Shown one piece after another: positions 14,322 to 31,269 of a stretch of 64,000 nt of DNA (positions are counted from its first letter, which is position 1; every line of letters starts with the position of its first letter). The notes beneath the pieces were generated by a model, which saw nothing but the letters and a program-made list of their open reading frames with translations, searched no databases and was not told the DNA's origin. This stretch comes from the human T2T-CHM13v2.0 reference genome, Homo sapiens: the NCBI RefSeq assembly GCF_009914755.1, contig NC_060931.1. One strand, 5' to 3'. A program made the position numbers and the translations under genes.

Positions 14322-15154
14322 CTTCCTTATGATTTAATTTAAAAAAATACACTTTACACTAAAATCAAATATGGCTTGCATTCATTTCTACTCCTTTTAG
14401 TTAACAGGGTGTTAAAATTCTTCCTTCATGATTAAATAAAATATAAGTATAGGATTTATCCTCCAAATTAGACCATGCTATATATCATGTTTATCAGTAT
14501 TTCACAGCTATTTTCCAGCTATAGTTCTAATTCATTCTTATAAAAGAGCGCATAATATTCGACACCCTGGATATTCTATAACTTAGTCCCTCATTTGCCT
14601 TTGGTGGATATTTAGTTTCTACTCTTTCGTCAACATAATCAGTGTTGCAGTTAGCATCCTTATGGACACATTACTGTATTTTCCATTTTCCCATTTGTAT
14701 TTCTTCCTGTTAGATGTCCCCCAAAATGGAATTGCTGAGTCAATAAGTATGAATACTTTTAAATATTTAAAAATACCTTTAAATTATTTTCCCAAAACAT
14801 TGAACTACAAAAATTCAACTCAGCCAACAAGCTATGAAGTATTTTGACTTTCCACGTCTGAAATCATTGGCTCTTTTAAATTTTGTCCAGGTCTGGGGGA
14901 AGGAATGCCTAAGATGAGCCTGGGACATCTTTGCATGCCAAAACCCAAGGATGCTTTCAGAGACTAATGGTGCTGGGCCACGGAGTCACATAAGCAAGTT
15001 CGAAGGGGGTCTCCCACAGATAAACTTGGGAGAATTTAAGCACCAATAATAATAGTTATTATTATAATGGATTTGAGCATACACACACACAGATCTTCAT
15101 TTGTATCATATATGTGAAGGTAAGTATACCATATATCATAATATAAAATTCTTA

Positions 15155-15680
15155 ATTCTTTTCAGCAAAAGACCACCAGAAACAGCTGTACTTGAACAAG
15201 TTAGATGACTTTCTCTCACTTATTGCAGCAAAGGAGAATGCATATCACAGGGAACAGGGGCTGATGGCGCGGAGATTGGAGGAGGGGAGAAGGAAACATC
15301 TCAGTAAGAAGGTGTTAGAAAGAACCTGGGCATTTGGGCTTTGGCTGGATAGTTTTGCGGGGGGTGGGGGGGTGGCCAAGTAAGGTTTGTTCTAAATTGG
15401 GTGTTGTCAGAAAGCAGAAGCAATTCTATGATTGAATATCTCAATAAATCTTATCTACAGGCAGGGCAGATTAGATTGAGGATAAAGCCATAATTGGTAA
15501 GGAGCAGTCACTCATATTAGCCAAGAGAGGCGAAGGTTGGTATTTTGTGGGCTGCACCATGACTGTCTGCAGTGGATGTTCTGTGAGATTGTTCATGTCC
15601 AACAGGATAGCAACATGACTTACCTGTGTTAGATCAGTCAGTAAGAACATTGAGACTTACCTGGCAGTGTCAGATCAGCT
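15155..15680. mobile_element. Probable old LTR remnant within L1M fragments (family not determined)
   Basis: LTR-like composition recognised by eye only. Confidence 0.35.
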
Positions 15681-16712
15681 CAGAGACCTGCTTTTCCTAT
15701 ATAGGTAATGATAGGTAGGTAGATAGATGGAGCCAAACAGAGAAAGCCACATTGAAAAAAAAAAAAAACAACAAATGCAAGAAAGAAAAAAGAAGCTTCA
15801 TGGGTCACCACTGGAGGTGGTTATTAAACCTATTTCATTTCAAAATTGGTTATTAAGCAGAAAGAATTAGTATTTATCCTGCTTTTCCAGAAAAAGTCTA
15901 CATTAGGATAACCGAGTAGCCCCAGTTGATAAGGGATAGTTCTTCATAGAGAAGAATGGCAGCCAATAAATGTGGGAAAATGATAAAATTAGAAAATTGC
16001 CATTTTGCAACCCATTTAAAAAGAAGACTCAGGCTAAGATCATCTGAGGATGCTAAAGCAAATAGGGGAAAGATGAATGGAGAATTGGATATTTACATGT
16101 TGCCAGAATATCATGTAACAAATTACATACTGGTCACAACTGGAAAAACACAACTTTATAATGCAGGATCAGATTGTTGACACTTTGGATGAGAAATGCT
16201 AGACCCACTAATAGCGGACAGCAGACATTTTCTCTACATTATCTGTACACTAAGCAGTGCACTGCCTCAATATGATGTTTACTGCATCTTTTTGGTAAAT
16301 AATCTTCATCAATTTTAAGTACTATAGTTTTCTTCTTCTTTTACTGTTTTTTTAAAAACCAAGAATGGCTTCTGAAATTAATTAATTGTCTTTTTGGTGT
16401 CTAATCATGTCGGATTTTTTCTGTTTAATTTGCTAGTTAATAAATTATTGATTGATTTAATAATATAGTACTATCCTTATATTGTTTAATCTGCGAACCT
16501 GGAGGATTATATTTTGAGATTACCCAGGTTTTCTTCTCTGCATTTCTGTGTGTGTGTGTTGTACTCATTGCCCTTAGGATATTCAGAAAGGCAGAAAATC
16601 TTTTGTTTGACAGGGCTTATGGAGCTCCTAACTGTGTACAAGCGCTGATTTAGGTGTTAAAGGTAGAACAGTAAAAACACAGGAAAGGCTTCTGCTCTCA
16701 TGAAGCCGATAT

Positions 16713-16732
16713 TCTAGTGGAGGTAAATAGAT

Positions 16733-16810
<78 letters not shown>

Positions 16811-16908
16811 GATAGTGTAGGTAAATAGATGGAGGTAAATAGATGGTAGATAGCTCTAGTGGAGGTAAATAGATGATAGATAGATAGATAATAGATAGAT
16901 AGATAGAT
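16713..16908. repeat. Compound (GATA)n tetranucleotide microsatellite inside an L2 fragment
   Basis: Long GATA runs interrupted by GAT; flank tctagtggaggtaaatagatgataga occurs twice. Confidence 0.95.
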
Positions 16909-17010
16909 CAGGTTATATAGATAGCTGACTCATAAAGTAACTGGATGAACAAGAAAAATATCAAATAATGATCAATCTTAGGCAAATAAGGAAAATATTG
17001 TGATAGACAG

Positions 17011-17450
17011 TGTTCTATTTATCTATTGCTATATAACAAACTCCCAAAACTTAATGGATTAAAACAACAATCATTTTATTCTCTCACAATTCTGTGCATG
17101 AGGAATTTGGGGAGGGCTCAGCCAGGCAATTCTTCCATTCCACGTGGTGTTAATCTGGGTGGTATTTGGCTGATGGCTGGCCTTGTCTGGGTGTCTGGTG
17201 CCTGGGTGGATGGCTGGGGTTGTTGACTGGAGTGCCCACCCACAGTCTCTCCAGCACAGCACTGTCAGGGTAGTCAGACTTCTTAGATGGCAGCTCAGGA
17301 CTCCCAGTAGGAGTGTTCCAAGAAGCTCAAGCAGAAGTTGCAAGGAACCTAGCTTCAGAAATCTCAGAATGTCACTTCCACTGCATCCTATTGGTCAAGC
17401 AAGGCACTAAGGCCAGCTCAAATTCAAGAAGAAGGGAATGAGACTTTTCC
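17011..17450 (-). mobile_element. MLT1 (ERVL-MaLR) LTR
   Basis: tatctattgctatataacaaactcccaaaacttaatggattaaaacaacaatcattttatt is the typical reversed MLT1 end. Confidence 0.75.
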
Positions 17451-17469
17451 CAAGTCAAACAAGACTTGG

Positions 17470-17960
17470 GTGTTTCAGAAGGTTGTCCAAGGATGTAATA
17501 TTAAAGATGAGAGCTGAGTAATATGAAGAATTGGGCTTTGAAGATATGAGGACTGTGGAGAGCAAAGGCTTGGTATGCTTAAGAAACTGAAAGTGACCAC
17601 AGTGAAAGGGCAAGGGGAGGAGAGGAATGAGATGAAGTCAGCAAAGCCATCAGGCACAAATTATGTAAGATTTTGTAATCTGAGGCTGAAATTTTTGGGT
17701 TTTATTCTAAATACTTATTCCAATAATTCACTAACAGGGTTTTAGCAGAGGCCAATCAAATTGGGCAGATGTGGGGAATTGTTTATCAGGGGAGGGGCAA
17801 GAGGAGAAGCAGGGAGGCTAGCTAAGGGGCATTGCAATGGTGTATGGAGCAGTGTGCTTGTGAGGAAGGTGATGACAACTGAACAGATCCAGGATGTGTT
17901 TTGAGGTAGAGTCTAGTATACTTACTGATGGATGAATGGAATATAGAAAAAGCAAAGAAT
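17470..17960 (-). mobile_element. L2 LINE fragment, continuing the L2 at about 16615-17010
   Basis: tttttgggttttattctaaa...gggttttagcagagg...ttgaggtagag...cttactgatgga. Confidence 0.6.
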
Positions 17961-18074
17961 CAAATAACCAAGATTAACTCCACTCCAAGGTAGATTTTAA
18001 GAATCTGAGAGCATAAAGTCTCACAGAATTGCCTTCTTGGTTTCTCTGGTTCTTTATTCCATGTGCTGTGTACA

Positions 18075-18836
18075 GTCCATCAGAAAGCTCTGCTCATTCT
18101 ACCTTCAAAACACATCCCAAATCCCATGCTTCTTACTGCCTTCTCTTTCACTAATCTGAGCCACTAGCAACTTTCACCTGGATTATTGTAATAAACTTCT
18201 AAGTGGTCTCTGCATCTATGCTCATTCCACCATCATCAGGTGTCCACGAAGTGGCCAGAGTGAGCCTTTAAAATTGTAAATCAGATCATGCCATGCCCCT
18301 TTTCAAAACCCTTCCATTTCTATCTCATTTGGAATAGAATGCAATGTCCTCTCCATAGCCATTAAAGCCCATCAGCATTCCACCCCTGTTGCCTCCTCAA
18401 CCTCACTTTCACTTCCACCTTACTCTGCACTGGTTGCAGTGGTATGCTGTTCTGATCACAGGCTGAATGTAGCTGCCTCAGGGTCTTTGCACTTCCTGAC
18501 TTCTCTGCCTGGAATACTTTTCTCAGAGATATTCACATGGTTTACTCACCCACTTCATTTGGATTTCCACTCAAATATTGCATCCTCAGAGACACCCAGA
18601 GGGTGTCTTGCTATCTTGCCCCTTAATCCTGTTTCATGTATTTTCATTGCACAAATTATCCACCTGAAGTTATATTTCACATGTTTGTTTATCATGTGCC
18701 TCCTCCATTGTAATATAAATTCCATGAGGGAAATGGTCTTGCCTGTTAGGTTCTTTGCAGTACACCCAGAGCCCATAACTGTGCCTGACACAAAGAAGGC
18801 ACTTAAGTAATATTTGTGGAAATGAATGAATGAATG
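18075..18836 (+). mobile_element. L2 LINE 3' end
   Basis: Ends gtgcctgacacaaagaaggcacttaagtaatatttgtggaaatgaatgaatgaatga. Confidence 0.85.
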
Positions 18837-19519
18837 AGCTATTATTTTTTTAAATATTATGAGCAGTTGCCATATCTTCTTGATTTTTCCTTCTAAATGT
18901 CTCTTCATCCATTTCATCTTTTTGTGGCCTGGCCACCACCGGAATCCTCTTTCACTCCACACCTGGATGACTGCTGTCACCCTCTTCCTGGGCTCCATAA
19001 ATCTAATCTGTTTCCTTTCACATACTCTGTCCTGTGACTGGTCAATCTTTCTGAAACATTGCTTAATCATTTCACATCTCCTTTCTAGCAGTATAAAGTC
19101 TAATCACTGCGGACTGATAGCCATTTCCCTCACAGCTGGTCTCCTTTTCCGGCTTAATTTCTCATTACTTCCGGTATGAACGCTTGCCCCAACCAAATTT
19201 CTATACTTGCTCAAAACTGGTACTTTTCCGCTCTTGTGATTTGACCCACACTATTCGCCCCACCCATCCCAAACTTCTTTACTATTCAAAGCCCAGTTTA
19301 AATCTCCCATTCCTGGTGACTGCCTCGGAAACAAGAACACACACACACTCTGTCTCTCTCAGTAGTCTTACATATATTTTCCTCACTATCCATTTGGACC
19401 TTGTATTGACTTAATAATTTTATATTGAGTACACCACTCTGTGTATGTATATATGGGTGTGTATACATAGTCCTATTTTCACAAATTATAACCAGAAGGT
19501 CCAATCGGTCACTTCTGCT

Positions 19520-19705
19520 TAAGGCTCTCAGATTGACCTCTTGCCCTATCCCTTACTATGTGAATTTGGACAACTTCTAGAGTCTCTGTTTCCTTTTCAG
19601 TAAAATAGGGAGTAATAATGTCTACCTCATAGTGCTATTGTTAGAATTAGATGAATTCAAGTACAATGCTTAATTCGCAGTGGGCCTCAAGTAATTGTTA
19701 TTATT
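19520..19705 (+). mobile_element. MIR SINE
   Basis: Core tctctgtttccttttcagtaaaatagggagtaataatgtctacctcatag. Confidence 0.7.
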
Positions 19706-20504
19706 CCTTTATGTATTGCCCACAATGCTAATCAATGTGTGGATGGTGGTACTGTAAACAGGCAGAGAAATATCTGCAACAGGTATTATACCACCAGCTG
19801 GATTACTGCTTTAAGAAAATGTTTATTCTGGATACCTCTTTCTTCCTACTGTGCGTTAAACATTACCGTTTTTTCCTAAATGGCCCTACTCCTACGGAAG
19901 CACCAATCACAATGTCTTTCCCACTGTGGGAATATCAATAATAAATGAGAATGAGAATGATCACTTTTGCAATTAGATTCCTGGAAGATAAATGATTCAA
20001 GCAATGTGGCTACCAGAGAAGAGATTATCTGAGCAGCATGACCATTTGCTGGGATTGACTCAGGTACACATATTTTAATGCTCAAGCAGAAAAGATCTCT
20101 TCTCCAAAGTCTTAGGTTCCAGTAAAGTTGTCCCCATAATACTGAGCAGGTTGCCTCCTGTCCTAATGCTGCCTTTTTTGGTAATAGTATAGTTTATATT
20201 TTTGCTTCTTTCTACTTTCCTCTTTGTGATCCCAGCAGTTGAGTTGTTGCTAGAGGCCTTGCTCTGTTCTTTCTATGGTGAAAAATCAACACAGAGTGGG
20301 AGACAATGATAAAGAAAGCCCTGCATATTTGTCATTGGGTTTCACAGCAAAGAGTCAGCCTCTGCATGGGGATCCACAGTACATGCTCAGAGATAGCTGG
20401 ACAGGGGGACAGAGGAATACACAGAACTGGTGGGACAGTATGCTTTGGTTTTGCTTCTCTCCTAATCAACAGGGACAAAACGGAGAATTTATAATTTGAG
20501 ACTG

Positions 20505-21350
<846 letters not shown>

Positions 21351-21590
21351 AGGAGAAATGTGTTCAACATATTGGGGTTCATAGTTTAGGTCTAAGTGGT
21401 TTGGATAAATCAGGAGGGCAGGCTTACCAAGAATCAAGTTAAATGAGATAATTTGACATTGAGGGCTCAAAAAGAGGAAGTGGGTTTTGGAAAGAGGGAG
21501 ATCGTAAAGGGAATAGCATGATGTATACTTTGTGATTTCCTGAGCTCATCCCAGGGACTCAGATTTGAACCTTTAAGAATAGAGGGGCTA

Positions 21591-21990
<400 letters not shown>

Positions 21991-24240
21991 TCATGTGACT
22001 CCACTTTCCCCTTTCAATAAGCCCCAAACCCAACATTGACTCTTTTAGCCAAAGAAGCCAAAGCTTCTGGGGCTTTGGTGAAGAGTGAGAAGGGGAGTAA
22101 GTTCCTTACTTCACTGAAATAAGGTGGAGAGTTTTAGGGTATGTGGCATTTTTCTGGCCAAATGGGGCTTTGTAACTTAGGAACTACAGAAAATAAACTT
22201 TGATTCTCAAAGAATGCACCTTGGGGCATAGATATTTTAAGAGTGGCTAAAAGAGGAAGATCATGAGCTCATTTAAGATATCTTCAGGGATGACGTCTGC
22301 AAGATGGTGGAATAGGAAGTTGTAGCCTCCACTTTTCCCCACAGAAAATTCAACTAGCAACTATCCAAAGACCAGAACAACTTTTTGAAAACCCCAATGC
22401 AAGGAACAAGCCTGAGACACCAATGTGGTCCACAGAACTGAATGGAATTAAATTAGAAGGGTAAGGAGAACAGCCTCATTACAGCTGTGCTACCTCTCCC
22501 TCAGTTCAGCCCAGTGCTAAACAGAGAGGATTTCCATGGGCCCACAGTTTCTACTGGGAGAAAAGATACTCAGAGACAGTTATCCAGCTTTCCTAGCATT
22601 CCAGGAAGCCCACTCCAATCTCGCCTCACCTCACAGGGAAAACTGGGGATAATGGCATGGTTAGACCACCTTGGGTCACATAGAAACAAAGAAAGGAGGC
22701 AGAGATTGTAGTGACCAGCATGCAGATCTTGGTGGTACTTCTATGTTCTGCCAGCTGTAGCACCCTATTAGAAATATCAGCCAACTTCACAGCCCACCTG
22801 CAAAGCTGAGCTGGTTGCCTTCAGAAGCATGGTGGGAGTTCAACCTAACTTGAGTCCCTAGATAGCTAGTCTCCATGCCAACCTCAGAGCCCACTACCAA
22901 CCTATACCAAGTAGGGAGATGCTGGCCTTTGCCTATTTTGGACAAAGCATAGGGGTTAGACTTGCTTGACATGGGAAGACAAGCAGCAGTTCCACTCAGC
23001 CGAAAGCCCACTCCTTGGTTCCACCCTGACAGGGAGGCAATCCTCAATTGTGCATTTCTAAGGAGCATAGACTCTGGTCCTGCTCATCTCAACCAGTGAC
23101 TCCACCTAACCTCAGAGCCCAGTCAGCATCCCTGCCCAACTAGAAATCCCAAATAGTTGAATTACCCAGTAGGGACTACATCTTGTGACCTGATTAGAAG
23201 CCATTGCCATCACCCACCCAATAGCTCCACCTCATAGCAGAGCCCACCCAGTGGTTTTGCCAGATAGTAGAGCCCATCCAAAAGCTCCATTCCACATCAG
23301 AGCAAAGGCAGCCAACTCCTACGACAAGCTCTACCTGCTTAGGGTCATCACTAGTTGGTCCTTCAAAAACCACAGACTGAATAGTGAAGGTCTATCTCTA
23401 GATGTTCTTTAGGAACATCTGCAAAGGCCAGAACAGGGGACTGTCTTCTTAAATGCAAAAATGCAGGTACACAAGATCATGAGGAGCCAGGGAATTGTGA
23501 CACCTCCAAAATAAACTAATAACATTCCACTAATAGACCCTAAAGAAATGGAGATCTATGAATTAACTGACAAGGAATTCAGAATAATCCTCTTAAAGTT
23601 GTTCAGTGAACTACAAAAACGTATGGATAGAAAATTAAATACAATTTGGAAAACAATACATAAACAAAGTGAGAAGTGTAACAAAGAAATAGAAACAATA
23701 AAAAATAAATAGAAATCTAGAGATAAAGAATATAATGACTGAACTGAAAAATTTGATAGAAAGCTTCACAAGCAGACTTGATCAAGCAGAAAAAAGAATT
23801 AGTGAACTGGAAGACAAAACATTTGACATTATCCAGTCAGAGGAGCAGTAAGACGAAAGAATGAAAAAAAAAATAAATCTTGTGGGAATTATGGGACACC
23901 ATCAAGAGACCAAACCTTTGCATAATGTAGTTCCAAAAGGAGAAGAAAGAGGAAAAGGGCCAGGAAGCATATTTAAAGAAATAATTGTTGAAAACTTTCC
24001 TTATTTAGGGATAGATGCCAACATTTAGGTTCAGGAAGCTTAGAAGTCTACAGTCAAATTCAACCAAAAGAGGAGTTCACCAAAACACATATTAATAATA
24101 ATCAAACTATCATGATTCAAAGACAAAGAAAAATTCTAAGAGCATCAAGAGATAAGAAATACACCACATAAAAAGTAGTGCCAATATGATCATCAGCAGA
24201 TTTCTCAGCAGAAATTCTGCAGGCCACAAGAGAAATAATA

Positions 24241-24610
24241 CAATTCACCCTTGAATAGCATGGGTTTAAACTGAGCAGGTCCACTTATACAAGAATTTTT
24301 TCAGTAAAAGTTACCCAGTTTGCCTGCCTCTCCTGCTCCACTTTTCACTTCCACCTCTGCCACTCCTGAGACAGCAAGACCCACCTTCTCTCTTCCTCCT
24401 ACTCTTCATACTACTCAACAGGAAGACAAAAAGGATGAAGACCTTTATGGTGATCCACTTCCACTTAATAAATAGTAAATACATTTTTTCCTCTTTATGA
24501 TTTTCTTAATGACATTTTCTTTTCTCTACCTTACTTTTTTGTAAGAATACAGTATATAATACACATAACATATTAAATATGTGTTAAGTGACTATGTTAT
24601 TGTTAAGTTG
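24241..24610 (+). mobile_element. Tigger2a (MER28) DNA transposon, 3'-truncated
   Basis: cacccttgaatagcatgggtttaaactg...gatgaagacctttatggtgatccacttccacttaat follows the consensus. Confidence 0.85.
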
Positions 24611-24766
24611 ATAGTAAGCTGACATCAAAAACAAAATGTGAGATGGAGGAGTAAAAGTATAGAGTTGTTGTATGCAATCAAACTTAAGCTGTCATCAGCT
24701 TGAAATAGGCTAAGTATAAGGTGATCTATGTAAGCTTCATGGTAATCACAAAGCAAAAATCTTAGT

Positions 24767-25072
<306 letters not shown>

Positions 25073-25461
25073 TGCAAAAATCTTTAGAAGTACGAAACAA
25101 AAATAGAAAGGATTTAAAGCATACCACTACAGAAAACCATCAAACCACAAAGAGAGCAAGAAAGGAAGAAACAAAAACACTTTCAGAAATTCCCACAAAA
25201 ATTGAGATTTGAGTAAAAGTAGGAGATACTGGAGTAGGTGGTAGATACAAGGGAAATGTGGCTTTCACCATTAACATTGCCCCATTTGTACCCAGACGCT
25301 AATCAAGTTAGGAGAAATATACATTAGATTGAAATAACTTTTGCAGATGGGCTTATATTTAGTTCTGTCATACTGTGGTTAGCAGGATAATCTGTTTACA
25401 TTTTAAAGTATGTTTTCCCTCCATCTCTGTCCTTTGTGTATTCTATAAATTTGCATCCCTA

Positions 25462-25930
25462 TGGTGGGTGTCCTGAAAACTTTTTGTGCCATGACCCCCT
25501 TTGGTAATCTGCTAAAATCCCTCCTCAAAAAATTTTAAAATGCATAACAAAAATCAAAGAAAGACAGTAATATTAAAATGCTTTTAATATTATCAAAATA
25601 TTTTAAATGTGCCATTATAAAATATATACTCTTTCATTAATGCTTTAAATAAAATCTAGTGGTGGGGGCCACTAATCACCACATTTTTAAAGTTGTTGTG
25701 GATATAATGCTATTTTCTTGTTTCTGCAATAACTTTAACATGACATAAACTTACTATGATTCCTATTGGTATCAAAATCACAGGTATTGCTAACACTGCT
25801 GTGGTTGTTGCCCACTTTCATGATTAAATATTAAATTTTAGTTAAAGAATAGTGAAAATAAAGATGTATTTTTACAATTCAAGTTTATAGACATCCCGAA
25901 TTCTATCCACAGACTCCTTAAGAACCCCTG
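25462..25930. mobile_element. hAT-Charlie DNA transposon (MER119-like)
   Basis: aacttttttgtgccatgacccc...ttaagaacccctg termini. Confidence 0.55.
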
Positions 25931-28605
25931 CTAGGATCTCATTCTTTCTCCATCTAAAGCAGAAATAAAGGCAGCATGAGACTAAAATTCTCAGATGTAT
26001 AGTTTCAGAGACATCTGGTCTACCTCATCCCAACTTCTCCCTTTATGCCCCAGAAGATTCTAGGTGAAGAATAATGTTCCCAGGAGGAAGAGATAGAACT
26101 ACCCCATTTTGAGGAGATTGGAAGAACATTCAAGGTGATTCCAAGAGACCCAGAGAGCTGACTCAGCTCCAGCCTTGCCCCAGAGACATGGCTGTGGAGG
26201 ACACCCCGCTCCCTGGCTGCAGCATCCATGGTCAGCTTGTTGCCCACTGAACATACAGTTTGGAGACATACTCTCTGGTCAATCCCCCAACAATCTCCCT
26301 TGCACCCCTTCCCCCTTCTCCCATGGAGAACCCACTAGAAGAGAGAGTTCGAACATTTTCTAGGATAATCATGACATGAAGAGAGAGTCCAAACCTTTGA
26401 CTAAAATTGCACTAAACACAATGTACATATCTAACTACTTTATATCCATGATAAGGTAAACCAGTTGCCAAGCAAAAGATGCCTGAGTTGAAAAGAAGTT
26501 GAGAGAATAAACTAATGACAATAGTTGTAGAAAATATCTGAAAATTAATCACAAATCCTAGCCCCCAAATGTGTTCTAAGTTATTTAGAGGATTTACAGT
26601 AGCTGCATACATTTGCATATTCAGATACTTCCTTCCATCTTCAGCAATATTTCAGGATTCTAGACAGTTAAGCAAGTTTTGGAAGTATTTCACAGACTCA
26701 GTAGGTGCTAAGGTTATAGGCACAGGCCTGAAGAAAACTTGCTATATCAACAAGATGGGAGACTGGTTCTAAGGCAGCTCCCTGGGCCATATTAGGCCAA
26801 GCAGTGAATGAATGGTAGATGACACCATTTCAATGGCTTGATCTCTAGGTCACTCCTGTGATTCCAGAGAAGCCACCACTACCTGAAGGGGGAACTGTGG
26901 TTCTACCAACAAAGTTGAAAATAGTTCATATTTTAAAGCCAAAAGTCAATAAGGACAATGAAAAATATAGTTTTAAATTCATATTAGTCCCCTTAGTTAT
27001 CTCTGTCCAACTTCTGAGAGGTTCTAAGAGACAACTGGAAGATAGGGGAAGATGAGCATGATGGGCAGCAGGGTGGGGCCTCTTCTCTGGGCCTGGCCTC
27101 TTTGAGTCCCTGTGGTAACAAGGGACTGTTATAATAATAGACATTTGAGATCCTAGGCAAGAGGGAAGGACAGAAGATTCTGGCCCAACTCTTCCATTTT
27201 ATGAAAACGATGACTCAGAGACTTGAAATGATTTGCTCAAAACAAGACAGTTTTAGATAAATAATCTAAGACTAAAATGCAGATTTTCTGACATCCGGCC
27301 ATTGTGCTCTCCCAACATTAAAGAAAAATATTCTAAGTAAACGACAGAATATTTATATCTCAGCTTTCATTGCCCTGTCTTTGCAGCGGAAGGGGAAGTG
27401 GTTGGCGTGGTTTCTCAATGATGAATCTTGAAGATGAAACCTGGAATGAGTAGGACAAGATGCCAAAAGAACCCAAACCTACTAGGTAGACACTGAAAAC
27501 GGGATCATTTAAAATCCACTCACATCCCATTCCATGCTTTCTTCTGTTATAGGCACTAGAAAGATAAAACTTACCTTCCCAGACTTTTTTGCAGCTAGCA
27601 GAGACAATGGTAGATCTGATGAATGAAACAATCCCAAGTTGGCTGGGCTTCTTCTGCTGCTTCTTTCTTCTTGACTAGAATTTGAGCTTGATGCTGGAGG
27701 TACATCAGTCATCCTCAGGGCAGTAGAGCAGGAAGAAAAAATGCTCAGTTCCCAGATAGCATCCTTGAACTACTGTTCCAGCCCTAATCTACTTCAACCC
27801 AGACTTCTTCTCACATGAGGCAGATAAATCTCTTCCTTGAGTAAGTCCATGTTCATCAGATTGTAAGGTTCTTGTATTGAACATAGCCTTACCTTATATT
27901 TTAGTCTGAATCAAAAGTGGAATCAAGAATGGCAAAGTCAGGCCAAACTGAATTTCAGCCAGGTAAAGTTCACAGACTAATATGAGCTCAAAGCTGACAT
28001 GAGTCAGCAAAGAGGTCCAGTTGAAGAAGATAAGAAAACTGTCTAAACGAAATACTGAGTTTGTATGCAGTGCTTTTAAAGGCCCAGAATGTGATCTGTG
28101 GATGTGCCTTAGTTATCTCATTGACATTAGCCAGGACAGCGTGATTCAAGGAAGTTACTACTGTACTTCAGGCCACCTATCTTAGTTCCCCTCTTAAAAA
28201 TAAAATAAAATGGCCATCAGAGGGTGTGAGAAATGGAATACTGAGGCAAAAACATGCCAGCAAACCAGACTGCTCTAAGAATATTGGCACAGTGGAGGCT
28301 GGAGGCAGCTTGGGGTCTGCTGGAAGAAGCGAGGATGAGAGGCAGGCATCAGAAGCAAACTTAGAAGAGGCTGGAGAGCTTTGGTTTCTTGGCCTTATTT
28401 CATCCCACTGGAGACAATTATCTTACCAGATAGTATTGCTGTAGCATTGAAATTTAAACAATAATATTCTCATGAGTAGGCTGCAGTGTGTTTCCCAGTC
28501 AGAGAGGATGCTCTCAAGATTTGGTTAAAATAGCCAAAGGTGCACACAGTGTGTGCTTGATTTAATTATTCCTGAAGGCCCTCTCATGTAGGTGGTTTTA
28601 AATTA

Positions 28606-29025
<420 letters not shown>

Positions 29026-30218
29026 CTACCTTAATTTATCAAATAAGAATAAGGGTAATAAAATAAGGAGTTATCAATATTATGCTTTGACATTCCCGGA
29101 AAGCTAACAAATTGACCCATCCTTAAGATGCCCAAATACATTTATAAAAACCTAAGTCATTACTTCCCAATAGTACAAAACCATTAGACATGTAAGGGGA
29201 AATTTTGTATTTCAAAATTTGAACTTTGAAGTTGTTTCAAAATGAAAATAACTTTCTTGAACTAACACTGAAACAATTAGAGCCATGGGTATTTGGAAAA
29301 GAACTTCTGGTGAGCTCATCAGCATTTTACAGGTCTATAAAAAGAGGCTTCCCATAACCCCTATAGTTTAATAGAAACAGTAGGAATTCTCCATCCTCAT
29401 TATGGGTCCATTTATTAACTTGCTCTTCCTTGTGGCTCAGTTAGTTTTTACTTCCCTTGGGTTCTAGTCCTATTATGGAGCAAAGATATTTTGAACACAG
29501 ACATGGATTTTTCACTTTGGAAAGGGGATCCCTTCCATCTTGTCCTGAGGCCAGATGGGGGGACCAAGAATTTAAGCAGACACATTCATCTTCCTATCTT
29601 CAGGTACCTCTGAAGAAACTCCTGTACCTCTTCTATAAAAGCACACACCCTCTTTGGGGAAACACACTCTCTCACACATTATTGATACATCTCTTGGGAG
29701 GAAAATTTGGTAAGAACTATCAACATTCAAATGCATGCTTTCTTTGACCAAGAAACTACTTTTCCAGGAATTCAACAGCCACATGCACACATCAGCAAAG
29801 ACAGATGTCCAAACTTACTTCTTGCTACAATTTTTGTAACAGGTGGAGACTAGGGAAAAAATTAAATGTCCATCAAAAAAATGACAGAGTAAATATATTT
29901 GAGAAGAATTTTCACTCCTGGCTATGATAGAGTAGCTTCTAACAGACTGTCCCTCCCGTCAAAACAACCAGAAAAGCTGGACAATACACATAAAACATTG
30001 TTGAAGGCATTTGAATAGCTGCTAAGGCAAGCAAGGGAAAGGGGACAGCCCAAGTAGGCAGATATCCTGGAAGTTGCTTTCCCTTCTGGGGCACTTGCTG
30101 ATTCTTGGTGCTGGCAAGAGAGTGCAAGTCAAGGTGGAGGGTAGCTGTTAAGGAACAGAGAAACCTGCAGAACTTTGGGGGCTCTCAGAGAACTGAGGAG
30201 ACAAAAGTTGGAGTTGGG

Positions 30219-30565
<347 letters not shown>

Positions 30566-31269
30566 AATTGGAGTTGAGGGTTGCCAAGGATTTCAGTGGT
30601 TAAGATCATGGTGAAAGAGGAGATGTAGGGAAATAGCCCAAAAACAACTGGTTTCTCTCTGAATGAATTGGAAAATTTTTTGCTGCAGAGGGCAAGAGAT
30701 GAAGAAGCTAAGTGGAAAGCCACTGAGAAGCAGAGCAGAGGGTTTTTGGAAGACTGACTCACAGTCCTTAGAAAATAAAAAAAAATGGAGTCCAGGACCC
30801 ACCAAAGATGTCCATTTGCTGACCTAGTAAATGCTCCAGATCTCAGTTCTGAGGTCCATGTGTTATCCAGAAGGAGATGGTAAAAGTATAATTTGTATTT
30901 GACTGTATTTAGTATAGAATCTCTAGAGTAAAAACCAAAACAATAGGAAAATAATATAGTAACAGCGGAAGAAGAGAATAACATAATTTTAAAATTGAAT
31001 TATCCAAAGGCAAGAAATTTTTTAAAATGAACATAAAACATGATGACAAATAAAAAACAAATGGAACATGATAATTATAAAACCAAATTCGTTAGTAATT
31101 ACATTAAATGTAAATGAACTAACTGGCTAAATTTAAAGACAAAGATGGTCACTCTGGGTGGGGGTGAAATAGTTGTAGGCTGCTTATGAGAGACACATTT
31201 TTAACATAAGGACACAAAAAAGGTTGAAAGTGAAAGAACAGGGAAATAGATTCCATGAGTAGAAGACAC

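Noticed and set aside
18439-19179. Overlapping 106-171 aa ORFs
   Set aside because: Lie within L2 remnants; no coding signature
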